From Cyanophora paradoxa CCMP329 (Eukaryota > Plantae > Glaucophyta), in assembly GCA_004431415.1 (NCBI GenBank), contig QPMI01000494.1, positions 585,766 through 649,765 of the forward strand: DNA of 64,000 bases. Reading direction: 5' to 3'. Numbering within the stretch: position 1 is the stretch's first letter; the number at the start of each line of letters is the position of its first letter. A program made the translations under genes and the position numbers. Positions 12,137 to 25,345 of the stretch are shown here, piece by piece. The notes under the pieces are model-generated. The model saw only the letters and a program-made list of their open reading frames with translations, was not told where the DNA came from and searched no databases.

Positions 12137-15100
12137 ATGCGGCAAATCCCGTCCGTCTTCAGCCTCCCATTGGGGGCGGACAGGAAAACGCTCCAACACT
12201 ACTTGGACTTTGGTTCGTTCGAATCCGATCGCTTTGCCCGTTGGATCCGCTGCTGCGCGCGCGCTGAGCAGTCCGCTGAGCAGACCCCGAAATGGCGAGG
12301 AGGGAAGACGCCGCGGCGCATTCCACGCTAGTGCAGCTGCTCAGGAAGCTCGAGAAGGTCGCTTTCTCAGTCCTCTTTTACCTAACGGATCGTGCGTACC
12401 CCCCTTCACCCCCCGTGCGCGGCTAACTCGCACCTGTACCCAGGCACGGGCAGGTCGCCCGGCTTCTGGACCCGCATCTTCATCCCCTACGCCTTCCTGT
12501 TCTACGACTGTACCCTCCCCGCGCCCCCGCGGGCCGCTCGCGTACCCCCTTGACCCCTTCTTCGCCGCATGCGCAGTCACGCAGCTTATGACCCTCTCGT
12601 GCGCACATCGTATCCCCCTTTCCCTGTTTTCCGTACCCTGAATCGGCGCAGGATGCCGCCGCGTTTCCCCGATTCCGCTGGCGCGTGGTTAAGCTACCCC
12701 GGGACAGCGGAGAGCATCGTTCGCGCCCGTACCCCCTCCCCTGCACTACCATCTAACCCCCGTACCCCAGTTCGCATCCGTCCAGTCCTCTTGGTTCGCC
12801 AGTATATTTCGGAGCGCGGGTACGACATCTCGCGAATCTTTTGACGATCCAAATCTTCGATTGAGTTCTCCGCAGCCATTTTTTGGTCGGCCGCCGTCTT
12901 CATCATATTCACGTACTGCCTCACGGGATACGGTACCCCCATTCGCTCCGATCCCTCTCCTCCTTCGCTCACTCTGATCCGTCGCGCAGTGTTCTACATG
13001 AGCGGTACCCCCCCTTTCCCCCGCCCGGAATCGAGATCTGTACCCCCCAACTCCCCCCCCCAGTCACGCAGTCGCTGCGGGTCTTCCCGCTGCGGCTCCT
13101 AAGAATGATCGCGTCCTTCCTCGTCGACGCGTCGTTCATCCCGGCCACCCAGGTACCCCCCCCCCTGCCTACCTACGTACCCGCCCCCTCTAGAGCGAAC
13201 TTTTACGTGTTCAAACGATTACCTATAGCCACCAATGCAATCACAAGTGTAACACCGCCGCAGATTCTGGCCCAGCCGCTGGCTTGTTACGTGGCCGACC
13301 ACGCCCCGGGGCCCGCCGGCGTCGTCCGCGACTCGGTGCGACGCTGCGCAACGACGTATATATAGTCTTTGGAACGCGTACGCGCGCGCGGGTTGAGGTT
13401 TACTCAGCTTCCCGCCTCGCGTAGGTCCTTTCCAGCATCAGGAACTGCCCCGCGTTCCATGGCCAGGGGGGGAGCCTCGCGCCGGGGTACCTCGCCGTCT
13501 CAATCGCCCTCCTCCTCACCTTCGTCGTGCGCTTTCCTGTACCCCCGATATCATCATCCGCGTACCCCGGCTCCTGACTCGACGACAGCCGTACGCCCTC
13601 GTCTTCCGCCTCATCTTCTACGACAGGTGGCGTACCCCCCATGAGTTCCGTATACGCAATCCGCCTCTCCCGGTAAAAGATGTACCCCGCAGCTGCCCCG
13701 TCTCCTTCGCGAGGGCCGCCCGACCCCACGGGCGCTTCTCCTTCCTCTACGGTACCCCTCCCGCCCCTCGCCCTTTCGGCATCGCCGTGTACCCCCGGCC
13801 CCTCATTTCGGCGCAGCGATCGTGCAGAGTACCATGATCTTCGTGAACCTGTTCGTGGGGGCCAGCGTGCGGTCTTCGCAGGTGCCCCCCCCCCCCCCCC
13901 CCCCCACCCACCCCCTCTTTCATGTACCCTGACTGACCGTCCCTTCTAAAAATAGGCCGTCAACTTCGCGCTGCTCGTCCTCGTCTGCATCTTCATCCAA
14001 GTCACCGTACCCTTCTACAGCACCTTCGAGAACTGCCTGGTTCGAATCCCCCCGGTCCCGTTAACATTTCGTTCCTTCGGCCTATAATTAGCCTGCAGCG
14101 CGCCGGGCTCTTTCTGGCTGCCGCCGCCTTTCCCATGACGAGCCGCCTCATCGACCTGGCGCCGGAAGGTCCGGTACCCCCTTTCCAGATCAAATTCACT
14201 ATCTGTTCTAAGATTCTTTTTTGCCCAGGAGACGAAGCGGCCCTGTTCCACTACGCGTCACTGGCACTCGCCCTCATCGTTCCCTTCTTTGTCTCCGGCG
14301 CCACTTTCACATGTGCGTTCTTAAGCTTTCTAGCAAACTTAAAATAAGATTTATTATATCGAAGAGGTTCGAAGTTGGGCGTCGGATTTGATTTGATCTG
14401 ATGGGCATGCGCAGTCGTGCGGATATGGCTGGTCGCCGGCGCGCGCCCGAGGCCGGCCGCGGCGGCGGCCGCTGCGCGATACGCCGCCGCCCCCCAGCCG
14501 CGCTCCCTCCCGGGGCTGGGCCTGGCGGGCCTCCAGAGCCTGAGCCCGGCGCCCTCGACCGCTGCCCCCTCCCCGAGGGCCCGCCCCACGATCCAAGTGC
14601 GGCCGGCGCCGCGGCCGCCCGTCGTCCGGATCCCGGAGGGTGCAGCAGCTACAGACACCGAAGGCGAAGAAGGGGAAGGCGAGGAGGACGGAGAGGGCGC
14701 CAGCGTCGCCGCCGACGCCGGCGCCACGGGCGCCGGCCCCGCCGGGCGGACCTCGCCGCCGCCGCCCCTCAACGCGATCGCGAACAGGGACTCGATCGTC
14801 GTGCAGCCGCACCTCGGTCCGCCCCCTCCGAATCCCCTCCTATCCGCCCCCCCGCCCGCCCGCTTAAGCTCGCCCGCCTGGCCGCCCGCCCGCCCGCCCC
14901 CCGGCGCTGGCCGCCCGGCCGGCCGACCGCCCGGCCGGACGAGGCCGGTTTAAATGTCGCCCGCCCGCCCGGCCGCCCACTCCTGGCTGGCTGGCCGAAG
15001 CCAGTTTCGTCTGCTTCTAAAGCTTTCGCCCCCCCGCCCCCCCGCCCGGCCCGCCCGCCCGCCCGCCCGCCCGCCCAACCGTTTTAGCTTTCGCCCGCCC

Positions 15101-18100
15101 TCCTGGCTGCCGTACCGAAGCCCGCTCCTCCTTCTTCTAAGCCTCTCCTGCTCCTCCGCCCGAGCAGGCGGGCGGCTGGCGCGGTCGTGGCTGGGGCAGT
15201 GGCTCGTCGCCGGCCTCGACGCCTGCGGCCTCCTCTTCTTCGTCGAGTGCCAAGTACGTATACGCGCGAGTCTTCACTCCAAGCTTCTTAAGCGTGCTTA
15301 ATTATGCGGGCTTCTTTTTGGATTGAGCTTCTTAAAGATTTTAAGCTTACGCTTAGGTGCGAAGCATATACGTAATAATAAGCTTCTTGAGCTTAATTAG
15401 GAGCTTCTTCTAGATCTTTGGATTGATCATGGGATTCTTCGCCTCACTCTCACTCGCTGCAGTACGAGGTCCGCGCCCGGGTCGCCCTCCGCAGGCACTG
15501 CGACGTCGCCGCGGCCGACGCCATTTACCGGTGAGATATTATATAGATTTCCGCCTTTTTCCCAGCGGCTTCTGCCCTTTTCCATGGGCCTGGGCCTGGT
15601 CGGCTCGACTAGCTATAGACGGGGTGGCGGGCTCTTAAACGGAAGGGGACGCCACCGCTCTTAAACGGAAGCTTGCCTGGCGCCTCCGCTTCTTGAATGG
15701 CGAAGGCGCCGCGCGCGGCGCCGGCGCCGGTGGGGATCGCGATCCAACCGCCTGCCAGCCATCGACGCCTCTCTTTTCTCCCGCGGCCGACCCCGTCTTT
15801 GATTGATTTCCCCCTCTGAATTCTCCCGCAGGGAGGCGATGTACGCGCTGCCGCATTCGGTCTACATTCGTATCCACTACGCCCTCTTCATACGCCGTGC
15901 GCTCGAGCGGCCGACGCTGAAGCCGAAGCTTGGGCCCCCGTCTTAATAGTAATAGAATAAGATTCTGATAGCTATGGTATAATTAGCATCTTTCAGCCGC
16001 CTCGATAGTAAGCTGACTAGTACTTTAGATCTCCTACACAGACCACAGCCTTGCGATTGCCTTGTAGTAGTTTAAGCCTATAAACTCTAATCGCAATCCG
16101 ACTCTTCGAAATCCTCTTCTTCGCAGACTACAAGGGGGACACGGCGATGGCGGCGCAGCGGATGCGCTCGGCGGCGGCCGCGGGGCCCATCGCCTTCGAC
16201 ATGCGCTACCTCGTCTTCGAGAAGCAGCGCCTCTGGGACCAGGTGGGCTTCTTTCTTTTCAAGCTTCAAGCTTCTTCTAAGAGATTCTTTTAAGCTTGAG
16301 CTTCAGCCTCTATTTTTGATCAGCGTCTACTAGTATCTGAAGCTCTCGCAGATCGCGCACGGGCAGCACTTGGGGCACACTCTCAACTCGATCTCCATGC
16401 TCGAGTTCGAGCAGGTGCGCGCCACGTCGACTCGCGATCGCTCTCTTAGCTCTTAGAGCGCCCTTATTAAGCTCTTCTTGATTTTTAGAGCTTTTAGTGA
16501 TTTAGGGCGCTAGCTCGCGACCCGTTCTCTTCTCCAGCCCGTAAATAGCCTAAGGCCCTTTAACGTTAGGGCGCTTGATGAATGTTTTCTTCTCCAGCCC
16601 ATCGTATCCGCTCAGGTGTCACTTTGACTTTAATTTTTCATCCGCCCAGGTGTACGGGACGGCGAAGGCGAAGCACGCCGAGGCGCTCCGGCTCATCCAG
16701 CGCTTCTGGGCCGGCGTCGCCCGCAAGCAGAACGGTGCGCGGGGCCGGGGCGCGAGCTCTAGATCTGTTCGACTTCGATATATATTATTACAAGCTGAAG
16801 GTTATAATTCTTAAGGCTCAAAGCTTAGAGCTCTTAACGGTTCTAGGAGCTTTATTTGCTCTAATCTACATCAATTAGCCGCGCGTGCATGCACGCACGC
16901 AAGCCTCGCGCTTCGATCCCGAAACTCATGCTTCGATCCCGAGCAGGGAAGTACCTCGTCGGCGCCTCGCACTACGTCTCCCGGGTACGCTTAAATGGCC
17001 TTCTCTGCCGACCTCGACCTTCGTGTCTCTCACTCCGCGCCAGATCTCGGACACGTCGCGCGCCGCAGCCAACTCGTACGAGGCGCTGCTCCGAAAGTAC
17101 AGGAGCTCCAAGATGCTGCTCCGCACCTACGCCGACTTCGTGGCCTCGGTGGGTCCAACGTCAATGCCATTAGAAGGAGCTATAAGAAGAAGCTATAGAA
17201 AGAAGCTTACATCGGCCTACTCCAATATTTTGATATAAACGCCGCTGATCGAAAACTAATTATAAAAATATATTAGCTTTCGTGAAGCTGATCGGTGTTG
17301 TTTAATTTGTTTCTCGTGAAGGTACTCAACGATCCGGAGCGTTCGCACCAGCTCTACCTGCGAGCCGTACGTTCGAATTTCCGAATTTCCGTTCGGACCT
17401 CGGTGTTGCGGCTAATTAATTCGATTTTCGAACGAATTCGAAGGACGAGATCGAGGAGCAGGAGGCGGCGCGGTTGGGCGGCGGCGCCGCCAACGGCGGG
17501 ACCGCGGAGGAGGGGCAGACGGAGGAGGGGACCGGCGACGGGACGAGCGACGCGCCGGACGCCCTGAGCAGCCAGGGGGGCAGCAGCTCCCAGGTCCGTT
17601 TGTTCGTTCGATCCCGAAAGCTAGCGATCGATCCCGAAATCCGATTCGGCCCACCCTGGCTCCCGGCTTGCAATTGGACGCGCGGGCGCCGATTTCCGAT
17701 CGAATTTCGTGGCTTCATTGGCCGATTTCCGATCGAATTTCAGGTGAAGGACGGGGCCGGCGCCGCCAAGAAGAAGAAGAACCGCAACGACGGGTTTCTG
17801 AACAACGAGGGCCAGCTCAAGGCCGTCCGCCGCCTCCACACGGGGTCCGTCCTCTAGACTTTTTAGTTTTAGTTTATCGCTCTGCTTTTTAGTTTGCTTT
17901 GCTTTGCTGCTTCCACTTCTTATCTTACTTTGGCGGATGCGTGGCGGGCGCAGCGCGGCGACGGGGCTGAGCATCCTCGGCGTCGAGGTCGTCTGCTTCT
18001 ACCTCATCAGCCGCCTGCTGCTCGACAAGATCTCGGGGGGTCAGTTCGAAGCGGGGTCTAATGATTTCGCCTTGTGGCCATGACTCTGCACGGGATATCT

Positions 18101-21100
18101 TTGAGCGACCGGTTCCCGGCAGGCCTCACGCGGATCACCGACATCGCCTCCCACGCGCGCTCCGTCTCGTCCATCACGGGTATGGCGCCGGCTGCGCTCT
18201 CGATTTATTTGCAGGCTTCTTCTTACGCTTTCCCGTGCCGCCGCCGGCCAGACCACGCCCGAACCCTCCAGCTCTCGGCGTCGCTGAACTACCCGGCTGT
18301 CTACCGGGATGAGGCAAGCGCGCCCGCCCGCGCCTGGCCGCGCCCGGCCGCGCCCGCGCCCCGCACATAAGCAGCCGCGCGTCATATAAATAAATGATTA
18401 ACATATGCTGCTGTCTGAAAGATGAACATTAAATAACATTCCGGGCCGCAGCTGTCCCGCATGCAGGCGCTCGCCGACGACTTCCGAGAGGCTCACAGGG
18501 GCCTCTATTTCGGGAGGTCCGCTTATATAATATATTATGCTCACGTTAATCACTCGAGCTCTTGCAATCACAGCCTTTCCCCTCTGTACCTGACTGCAGC
18601 TCTTACGTAAACGCAGGCCCGGCGTGCCTCCGTCTACATCCCGCGTCATTCAGGTGCCCTGGGCCCTGCCAGGCTTCTGCCAGTGTTGGGCGCTTAAACT
18701 GACCTGCTTAAACCTAAAAGCTTACGTTTAGGCTTCATTGTAAGCTTAAGCTTAAGCGTACGTCTGCTCAACTTCAATGCGCAGGACCTGTGGAACTCGC
18801 CGAGCATCGAGTACCAGGTCTACCTGCCGGACGTCGACGGGGGCAAGCCCTCTCGCGTGCAGCAGAAGGTGCGATAGATTTCATTTAGTCGCATTACTTC
18901 ACTGTTTGCGATCATATATATGTGATTCGGCACGCAAATCGATATCGATCCAGGCGGGCCTGTGGGACTTGGGGGCGCTCTTCTACTCCCGGGCGATGGA
19001 GTTTCGCGAGGCGCCGGCGGCCGAGCACGCGGGCGCCGCCACCAACCGCGCCTTCCGCTTCATCCAGGCGCGTTCATTATTGCGTTCGATCCCGAAATCG
19101 CGTTCGATCCCGAACTTTCGTTCGATCCCGAACTTTCGTTCGATCCCGAAATCACGTTTGATCCCGACGTACAGGACGTGGGCGCCCGGCAGCTCACCGA
19201 GGTGATACTGCAAGCCGCGCTCCTCTACGAGAACGAGGTGGGTCGTGTGGCGTTTTTGAAGTTGCACACTGCGCTTTTAGGCGTTACCGTTCGTTCGCTT
19301 CCTAATGCGGCCGGCGCCGCCCTTACGCTTTCAACGCTGCATGCTGTCCTTTGAAGAGGACGGATGTTGTCCTTTTAATGAAGGATGTATCTATAGCAAT
19401 AATTCTAATTTATGCCTTTTTGTTTCTCTCTGACCACGACCGGCGGTTTCCTTAGATCCTGCAAGACCGGGACTTGACGTTCATCCTGCTGAGCGCCATG
19501 GTCCTCGTCGGCCTCACCACCATGTTCTCCACCATACTCCTCGTGGTGTGCCCTGGGTCCCGGCCCGTCCCGTCCGTTAATGTTCCGCACTGGCGGTTCC
19601 GATCTAACAGCCTAGCGCGGCGGTGCCGATCTAACAGCCTAGCGCGGCGCGCCCCCTGGCCGTGGGTCCCGCAGCCGTCCTCTCCAGATCCTCTCCTACC
19701 GAATACATAAAACATGAATGTCTCGTGTCGCAGTTGAAATTGATCTCACGGCCGCGTAGATCCAGCCGTCGATTCGGCGGGTGCAGCAGACCAAGAGCGG
19801 CGTCTCCGACATCCTGAACGTCATTCCCCGCCGAGGTCAGCGTTTATATTTTCTGAGGCCGTGAGGTCTCTTCATGGACATCTATCTGAGGCTGCGTGCG
19901 GGTCGGGCCGGGGTCAGCGCTGCGGAAGATCGCCCGGCACTACGCGAAGATGCGGCCGCCGGACGTGGAAGAGAGCGACCAGGTCCGACCATATATATAA
20001 GCCACTCCATTGTTCCCTATATGCCTTACATAAAAGAATTCAAAACCCACTCCACATTGATTTTCCTATAATCCTGTCATATAAACCGTGTAGTAGCCGC
20101 ACTTGACGGAAGCGGCTTCCATGGCCAGGAACTCGGAGAGGAGTACGTCGTCGAAGAAGACGAGGACGAGGACGAAGGGACCGAGAACTCGACCCGAGCG
20201 GCAGCCGCCAGCGCCGGCACCGGAGAGGCGCTCGGGTCCCGGACCGAGCGCGGTCGTACGGGCGCCGCGGGTGTGGCCGTGCCGCGCAGCACCTCGATGC
20301 GGCGGATGCAGTTGGCGGGCGCGGGCCGTCGCAGGTCCCTCATCAGGCGGTCTCAGTCCATGGTTAACACGAAGGTACGCGCGCTCGCGCCATCTCTTTA
20401 CAACGTTAACGTTGCATTCGCCTTTCGCCGTTTATTTTATTATCTCTAATGGGCTTTTCGTTGTCAGACTCCGGCCGCGGCGCAGAACTCTGTAGATGAA
20501 AGTGGAATAAGCATGCTTTCTGGCGCGGCGCAGGCAGCGGCGGATCGGGAGGCGCCCGTGTACCCCCTGCCCTCCGCGCGCGTGTACCCCGCACCCGCGA
20601 GCGGCGGAAGCACGTACGCGTGGCGCCAGGCGGCGTCGCCGGCGCCGTCGGTGGGGCCCGCCGCCTCCGTGCCCGTGCTGGATATTTCGGGCACCAGCAT
20701 GGTACGATAAATATATTATACATTCGCATCGCTCGCCCCTTTATCCGCCTTCCTTCGCTCGTCGCGCTCGGTTTGTATTAATGCATTACACAGACTGGGG
20801 CCATGGCGACGTTTTACACTCTGACGACGGTTCGGGACCTGGAGATTCTCGACGAGCAAAACGCGGCGGCGGAGGGCAGGGCGCAGACGCAGCGGTCTCG
20901 CGATCGGACGGAGCGGACCGGCCGCTCGCAGAAGGGCGGCGCGATCGAAGTGCCGGAGATGGTAGCCCGGTGGGATCCGGACGCCGCGCAGTCGCCAGCC
21001 GCAGCGGACACGCCCGATCAGCCCAAGGAGATTCTAAGCCCGCCGGCGACCGCGCGCTCCACCTCGAACCCCGCCACCGCGCTGCTGCAGCCGATTCAGG

Positions 21101-21727
21101 ATACACGCAGTGCGCATATGCATGCGCCCAGCCTCTCCGTTTAAATCTCTGCCGCTTAGCGCCCGGCCTTCATATATATAGAAGAGCACGTGGACCTCCA
21201 TAGAAGAAGCTATAGAAGCAAGGGGGCATATATAAGAAAAAGAAGCTATAGAATGAAGCTTATAGATTAAGATCTACATCTCTGCCGCTAAGCGCCCGGC
21301 CTCGCCTCGCCTCGCCGCGCAGGCAAGACGAGCAGGTGGACCTGCTGTACGGCTCGCCCTGCCTGCGGGCCGACGGGGACTGCTCCAAGGCGACCCTCGA
21401 CTACCTCTCCTCCCTCGTCTCCCACGGCCTCGGTGACCTTTGAATTTCCCTTAGCCGCTCCCTTCCTTAGGCTTTAAAACGCTCTAGATCTAAATCTGCG
21501 GCGAACATGTTTCTCGTTGTTATTAATGATTTCGAACGCTCCGGCAGATTTCTGCATCGAGCAGTTCGTCGGATTCGCGCAGCAGGCGCTGAAGGAGAAC
21601 AAGGCCTTCACAGAAGGGTGCGACCAGTTACCTTTGCGCTTGCGTTGACTTTGATACGGCTCAAAATTTGAAAATTCGCGATGACTCTCAGCCTCCTCCC
21701 CCCCCCTTTCCCCCCCCCCTCCCCCCC

Positions 21728-21758
<31 letters not shown>

Positions 21759-24148
21759 ACACCCTCGAGCTCGGCCCTCTTCTCTGCCCTCGGCCTCCGC
21801 ATTCGATCCGCCCCACCTGAGTTCCCTCCTCCCGCAGCGGGACGATCGACGAGCAAGCCCCGTTCTTCTCAGACGTATCCCCGCACCCGATCGCCCCCGC
21901 CAGGCTCGGGCCCGGCCGCTGCTGCGCCTCGGCCCTCTCGGTCCAGGCGAGCTTCGTTGCTGACAAGATGATGATTATAAAGCCCTTGAGCTCAAAGCTT
22001 ACAGATCTGAAAGCTTAAAGCTTATAGATCTTAAAGCCCTTCAATCTTCGAAATCGATATCGCTGCAGCCGTCGCTGCTGACGAGAAGATGACGACGCCG
22101 CGCGTGCGTGCGCAGCCCAACAGCACGGCTATGCGGACGCTCTACGATCTCCACGGCGACTACCTCGGTCCGCGTTCATCTTCGCCTCTTTTCAACTCAG
22201 ACCGAAACTAAACTAAGCGTCTCTTTTAGACGCCGCCCTGGCGACGAGCCAGCGGCTGTACCTCTCGGCCGCCAACGAGGACATCGGCGCGGGCCTCCGC
22301 TTCGCCGCGGCCGTCTTCGGCATCCAGCTCGCCGCCCTCCTGGGAGCCTACTTCCTCGTCTTCCGCCCCATGTGAGTGACTCGCTGTTCTCCGTCTTCAT
22401 TGTTACTAGTACTTCACTAGTTTCGCGTTTCATCGCATTCACAGTAGCTACTTAAATAGACTCTAGACTTTATGCTTCGTATTTCATGATCACGTCTCGC
22501 GGCGCTCTTGGGCGCCTTTTTCCTCGCGATAGTCTTCCGCCCCATATACCGACTCGCCGTTTCTGCGTCTAGATCTTCATTTAACTTCTCCTTCTCCTTC
22601 TTCTTAACTCCGGGTTTCACTCTATCCCCCCTACGCCTGACGTTTACATCGATACCCTTCGCAGCATCCGGCAGCTGCGGGAGGAGTGCGGGCGCAGCGA
22701 CGAGCTCCTCCACATGCTACCCAAAGAGGTCTTTTGGTTTCTGCGGTTCAGTGCATTGAAAGGGAAATGCTCGAGGTATACTCTAGACAAATATACAGCT
22801 AAATTCATTGTAGTGTACTCCGCTTGGTTCCTGCATGGCCCCCTTTGATTCATGATAGTCTTGTATCAATCTTCGCTTCACCTCAACTTAGTTTACCCTC
22901 AGTTGTTTTGCCGTCACCTCCATCAGATGCTTCATCGATGTTAGTTAGGAGCACTGGCCCCCTCCACCTTCCAGTTCCTCGTGTATTCCATGCCTTCCCT
23001 GTACCTTTGATTCCGTTCCCTTTGTCGTTAGCTCTGCCTCTTCCTCCTCCATCTCTCACTGTTAGCCCTCAGGCAGTTCCGCCTCTTTATCTTCAGCGAC
23101 CGTCAGACCGTATAGTTTTTGGCAGCGAGTATTTTGTGTATGGTGACGTTCCTCGTGTGTACCCTTCTCTCTCTTCTACTTCGCTATATTTGCCTCTCCC
23201 GCCTGGTTCAGCCCCATCGTCTGCCTTCCCTGTCACTACTGGCTTGCGTTTCGCCCCTCCTCTTATACTGCCGATTCCGAGTCTGCACCCGAGCTCTGCC
23301 CCTTTCCTCGTGTCGTCCCCAGTTCCTCAGATTAGTCTTCAGCCGTCCATTGTTTTACCAACTCTACAATCTCGATTCCGTTTAGACACTCCGCCAGCTT
23401 CGACTTTCCCCTCTAGTGGTGTCCTACGTTTCGCCTCTCCTACTGTTCTACCGCCTTTGCCTCCTGCGACTACGTCTTCTAGTTCTGCTGTTAGCTCTGT
23501 CTTGTCGTCTTCGTCTAGATCTTCGTCTTCGACTGTAGTTCCTCGTGCTCGTTCTCCTTATTTGCTGCGTCCCCGTGCTCCTCGTCGTTCTAGTGTGACT
23601 AGTACTTTTGCATCGACGCCCTTGAGCTCTTCTACTCCTTCTCCTCGTGCTCGTTCTCCTTATCTTTTGCGTTCTTCTGATCGTGTCCCTTCTCGTGATC
23701 CCTCTTGATTCTGTATATATTTTGTGCTAGTTTACTGTATCTTTGATTTGTGATTGCTTTGTTGTCTTTAATATCACTACCTACGGGGGGTTCGCCCCAC
23801 CGTAGTCTCTCAAAAAAAAAAAACCTCCGCTTGCGCGGTTGCAGTTATTTGACCCCCAAGGCAGATGCTGCCGCTGATGAAGGATCTCCAGCTTAGCTTC
23901 TTTAGCTTCCTTAGCTTCCTTAGCTTCTTGTTCAGGATCTGACTTGATTATTGTTTCCAGATGCTGCCGCTGATGAAGGAGCTTCAGCGGTTCATCCGCA
24001 CGGCGAACGCGCGCTCGAGCGACCACGGGCGCGGCCTGTCCCGCGAGGCCTGGGAGAGGTACTTGTTACATTACTTGTGTCTAGAGAGATGCAATAGTTC
24101 AATTTTTGCTTCACACACGTCATCTCCAATGAACTTCGATATAGCTGA
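12137..24148 (+). CDS. TmcB/TmcC (tiny macrocyst)-type multi-pass membrane protein with many exons; start uncertain
   Basis: N-terminal TM cluster (VFPLRLLRMIASFLVDASFIP), helical segment YEALLRKYRSSKMLLRTYADFVAS|VLNDPERSHQLYLRA|DEIEEQ, two further TM/extracellular modules, and C-terminal IRQLREECGRSDELLHMLPKE|MLPLMKELQRFI; stop TGA at 24146-24148. Confidence 0.75.
19082..19167 (+). repeat. Intronic 18-bp tandem repeat (cgttcgatcccgaa+4 nt), about 5 copies
   Basis: Directly visible repeat units. Confidence 0.9.
22827..23823 (+). mobile_element. 5'-truncated non-LTR retroelement fragment inside a TmcB/C intron
   Basis: T/C-rich ~1-kb block with a 294-aa Pro/Ser ORF, a terminal hairpin ctacggggggTTCGccccaccgtag (23781-23805) and an A12 tail (23812-23823). 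Candidate TSD ctccgcttg at 22818-22826 and 23825-23833. Confidence 0.7.
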
Positions 24149-24890
24149 CGCCGCTTGTGCAGCATCCTGGACATTTTCGCGGTGGTCTGCAGCCTCGGGC
24201 GCAAAGGGCGCATGGTGCACGTGCACGCGACGATCTCGCCGGCCCCCAGCGCAAGCACCGCAGGGGGCGGGGTGTGAGCCCAGCAGTCGCGGTCCTGTTG
24301 CTGAGTAGTTTCAGCTCTTTAATTATATGTATGGTTGACTTCGGTATCGGTGATCTTATAGTTTCAAGTTCATATATACTCCGCATCTCGCGATCGCGCC
24401 TCGCGGCTCGTCCGCGAAATGCAAGATGCTGTGATCCAGATCCAGGGAGGGGCGAAATTCCCGGGCGCATATGCATTGATATCGTCTGGGAATATTAATT
24501 ATAATGGGTGGGGATAGCCCCCTGCTGAAAGCTTAAACTGGTTTGGCCTCTTGCTTAGCTAATTATATAATTAGGCCTCATGATCGCAGCATCACCGGTA
24601 CCCTTCATTTATAATTATATAAGCCTGTATACGTAGCGCTGTAGATATTGATATCGCGATCGGCCCCCGTGACCATGGCCAGCGCCTCCCGCCGCGGCAG
24701 GCAGCCCCGCCAGACGACCGGGCCTACACACGCGAGCTCGAGAGCGTGGTTGTTCTCAAGAAACAAAGAACTATACTAGTCCTGGCTATCTGAGAGCCAC
24801 CTTGGCACTGAAAGCGATGATCATGATTAGCATGATCATCGCTTCGAACTCGAAGAGAGCGAACCCTGTCGGGGTATACGTAGCAGCAAG

Positions 24891-25314
24891 CTACTCATCG
24901 AAGGAGACCTGCGTGTGGAGGAGGCTCAGTCGAAGCGCCTCGCGCGCCGCGTCGTCCAGGGCCGGGCGGCCGCCGCGTCCTTGGCGAGCTCGAGGCGCCG
25001 GAGGCGCTGGAGGGACGTGACGGAGAGGAAGCCCGCCGCCGAGTCGAGGGGGAGCCGGGCCTCCACCGTGAGCGTCTCGAGGGAGGGAACGTCCGAGGCC
25101 AGTCGCTGCGGCGGAGGGGCGCGATCATGATCACGATCATGAGATCTAGACCTAGCCGCACATAACAAGAACAGCTAGACCTGTCTAGATCTAGAGCTAC
25201 TGTCGTATGTGTGCCAAAAGCTTCGTTCATGAGAATCCATCTTAAGCGACATCGAAGTTGCGGGGGGCAACCTCTGTGTGTCACAAGTTTATGAGATTCC
25301 CTCGAACTCTAAGT

Positions 25315-25345
<31 letters not shown>

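Noticed and set aside
14030-14055. tRNA B-box-like GGTTCGAATCC (also inverted near 29090)
   Set aside because: No cloverleaf or A-box context; both lie within protein-gene exon/intron sequence.
19082-19167. Regularly spaced repeats resembling a CRISPR array
   Set aside because: Head-to-tail 18-bp minisatellite with no unique spacers, inside a eukaryotic intron, and no cas genes.
22824-23708. 294-aa Pro/Ser ORF as an independent host gene
   Set aside because: It has no ATG start, a T-rich codon style unlike host genes, lies inside an intron and ends before a genomic poly(A); a retroelement tail explains it better.
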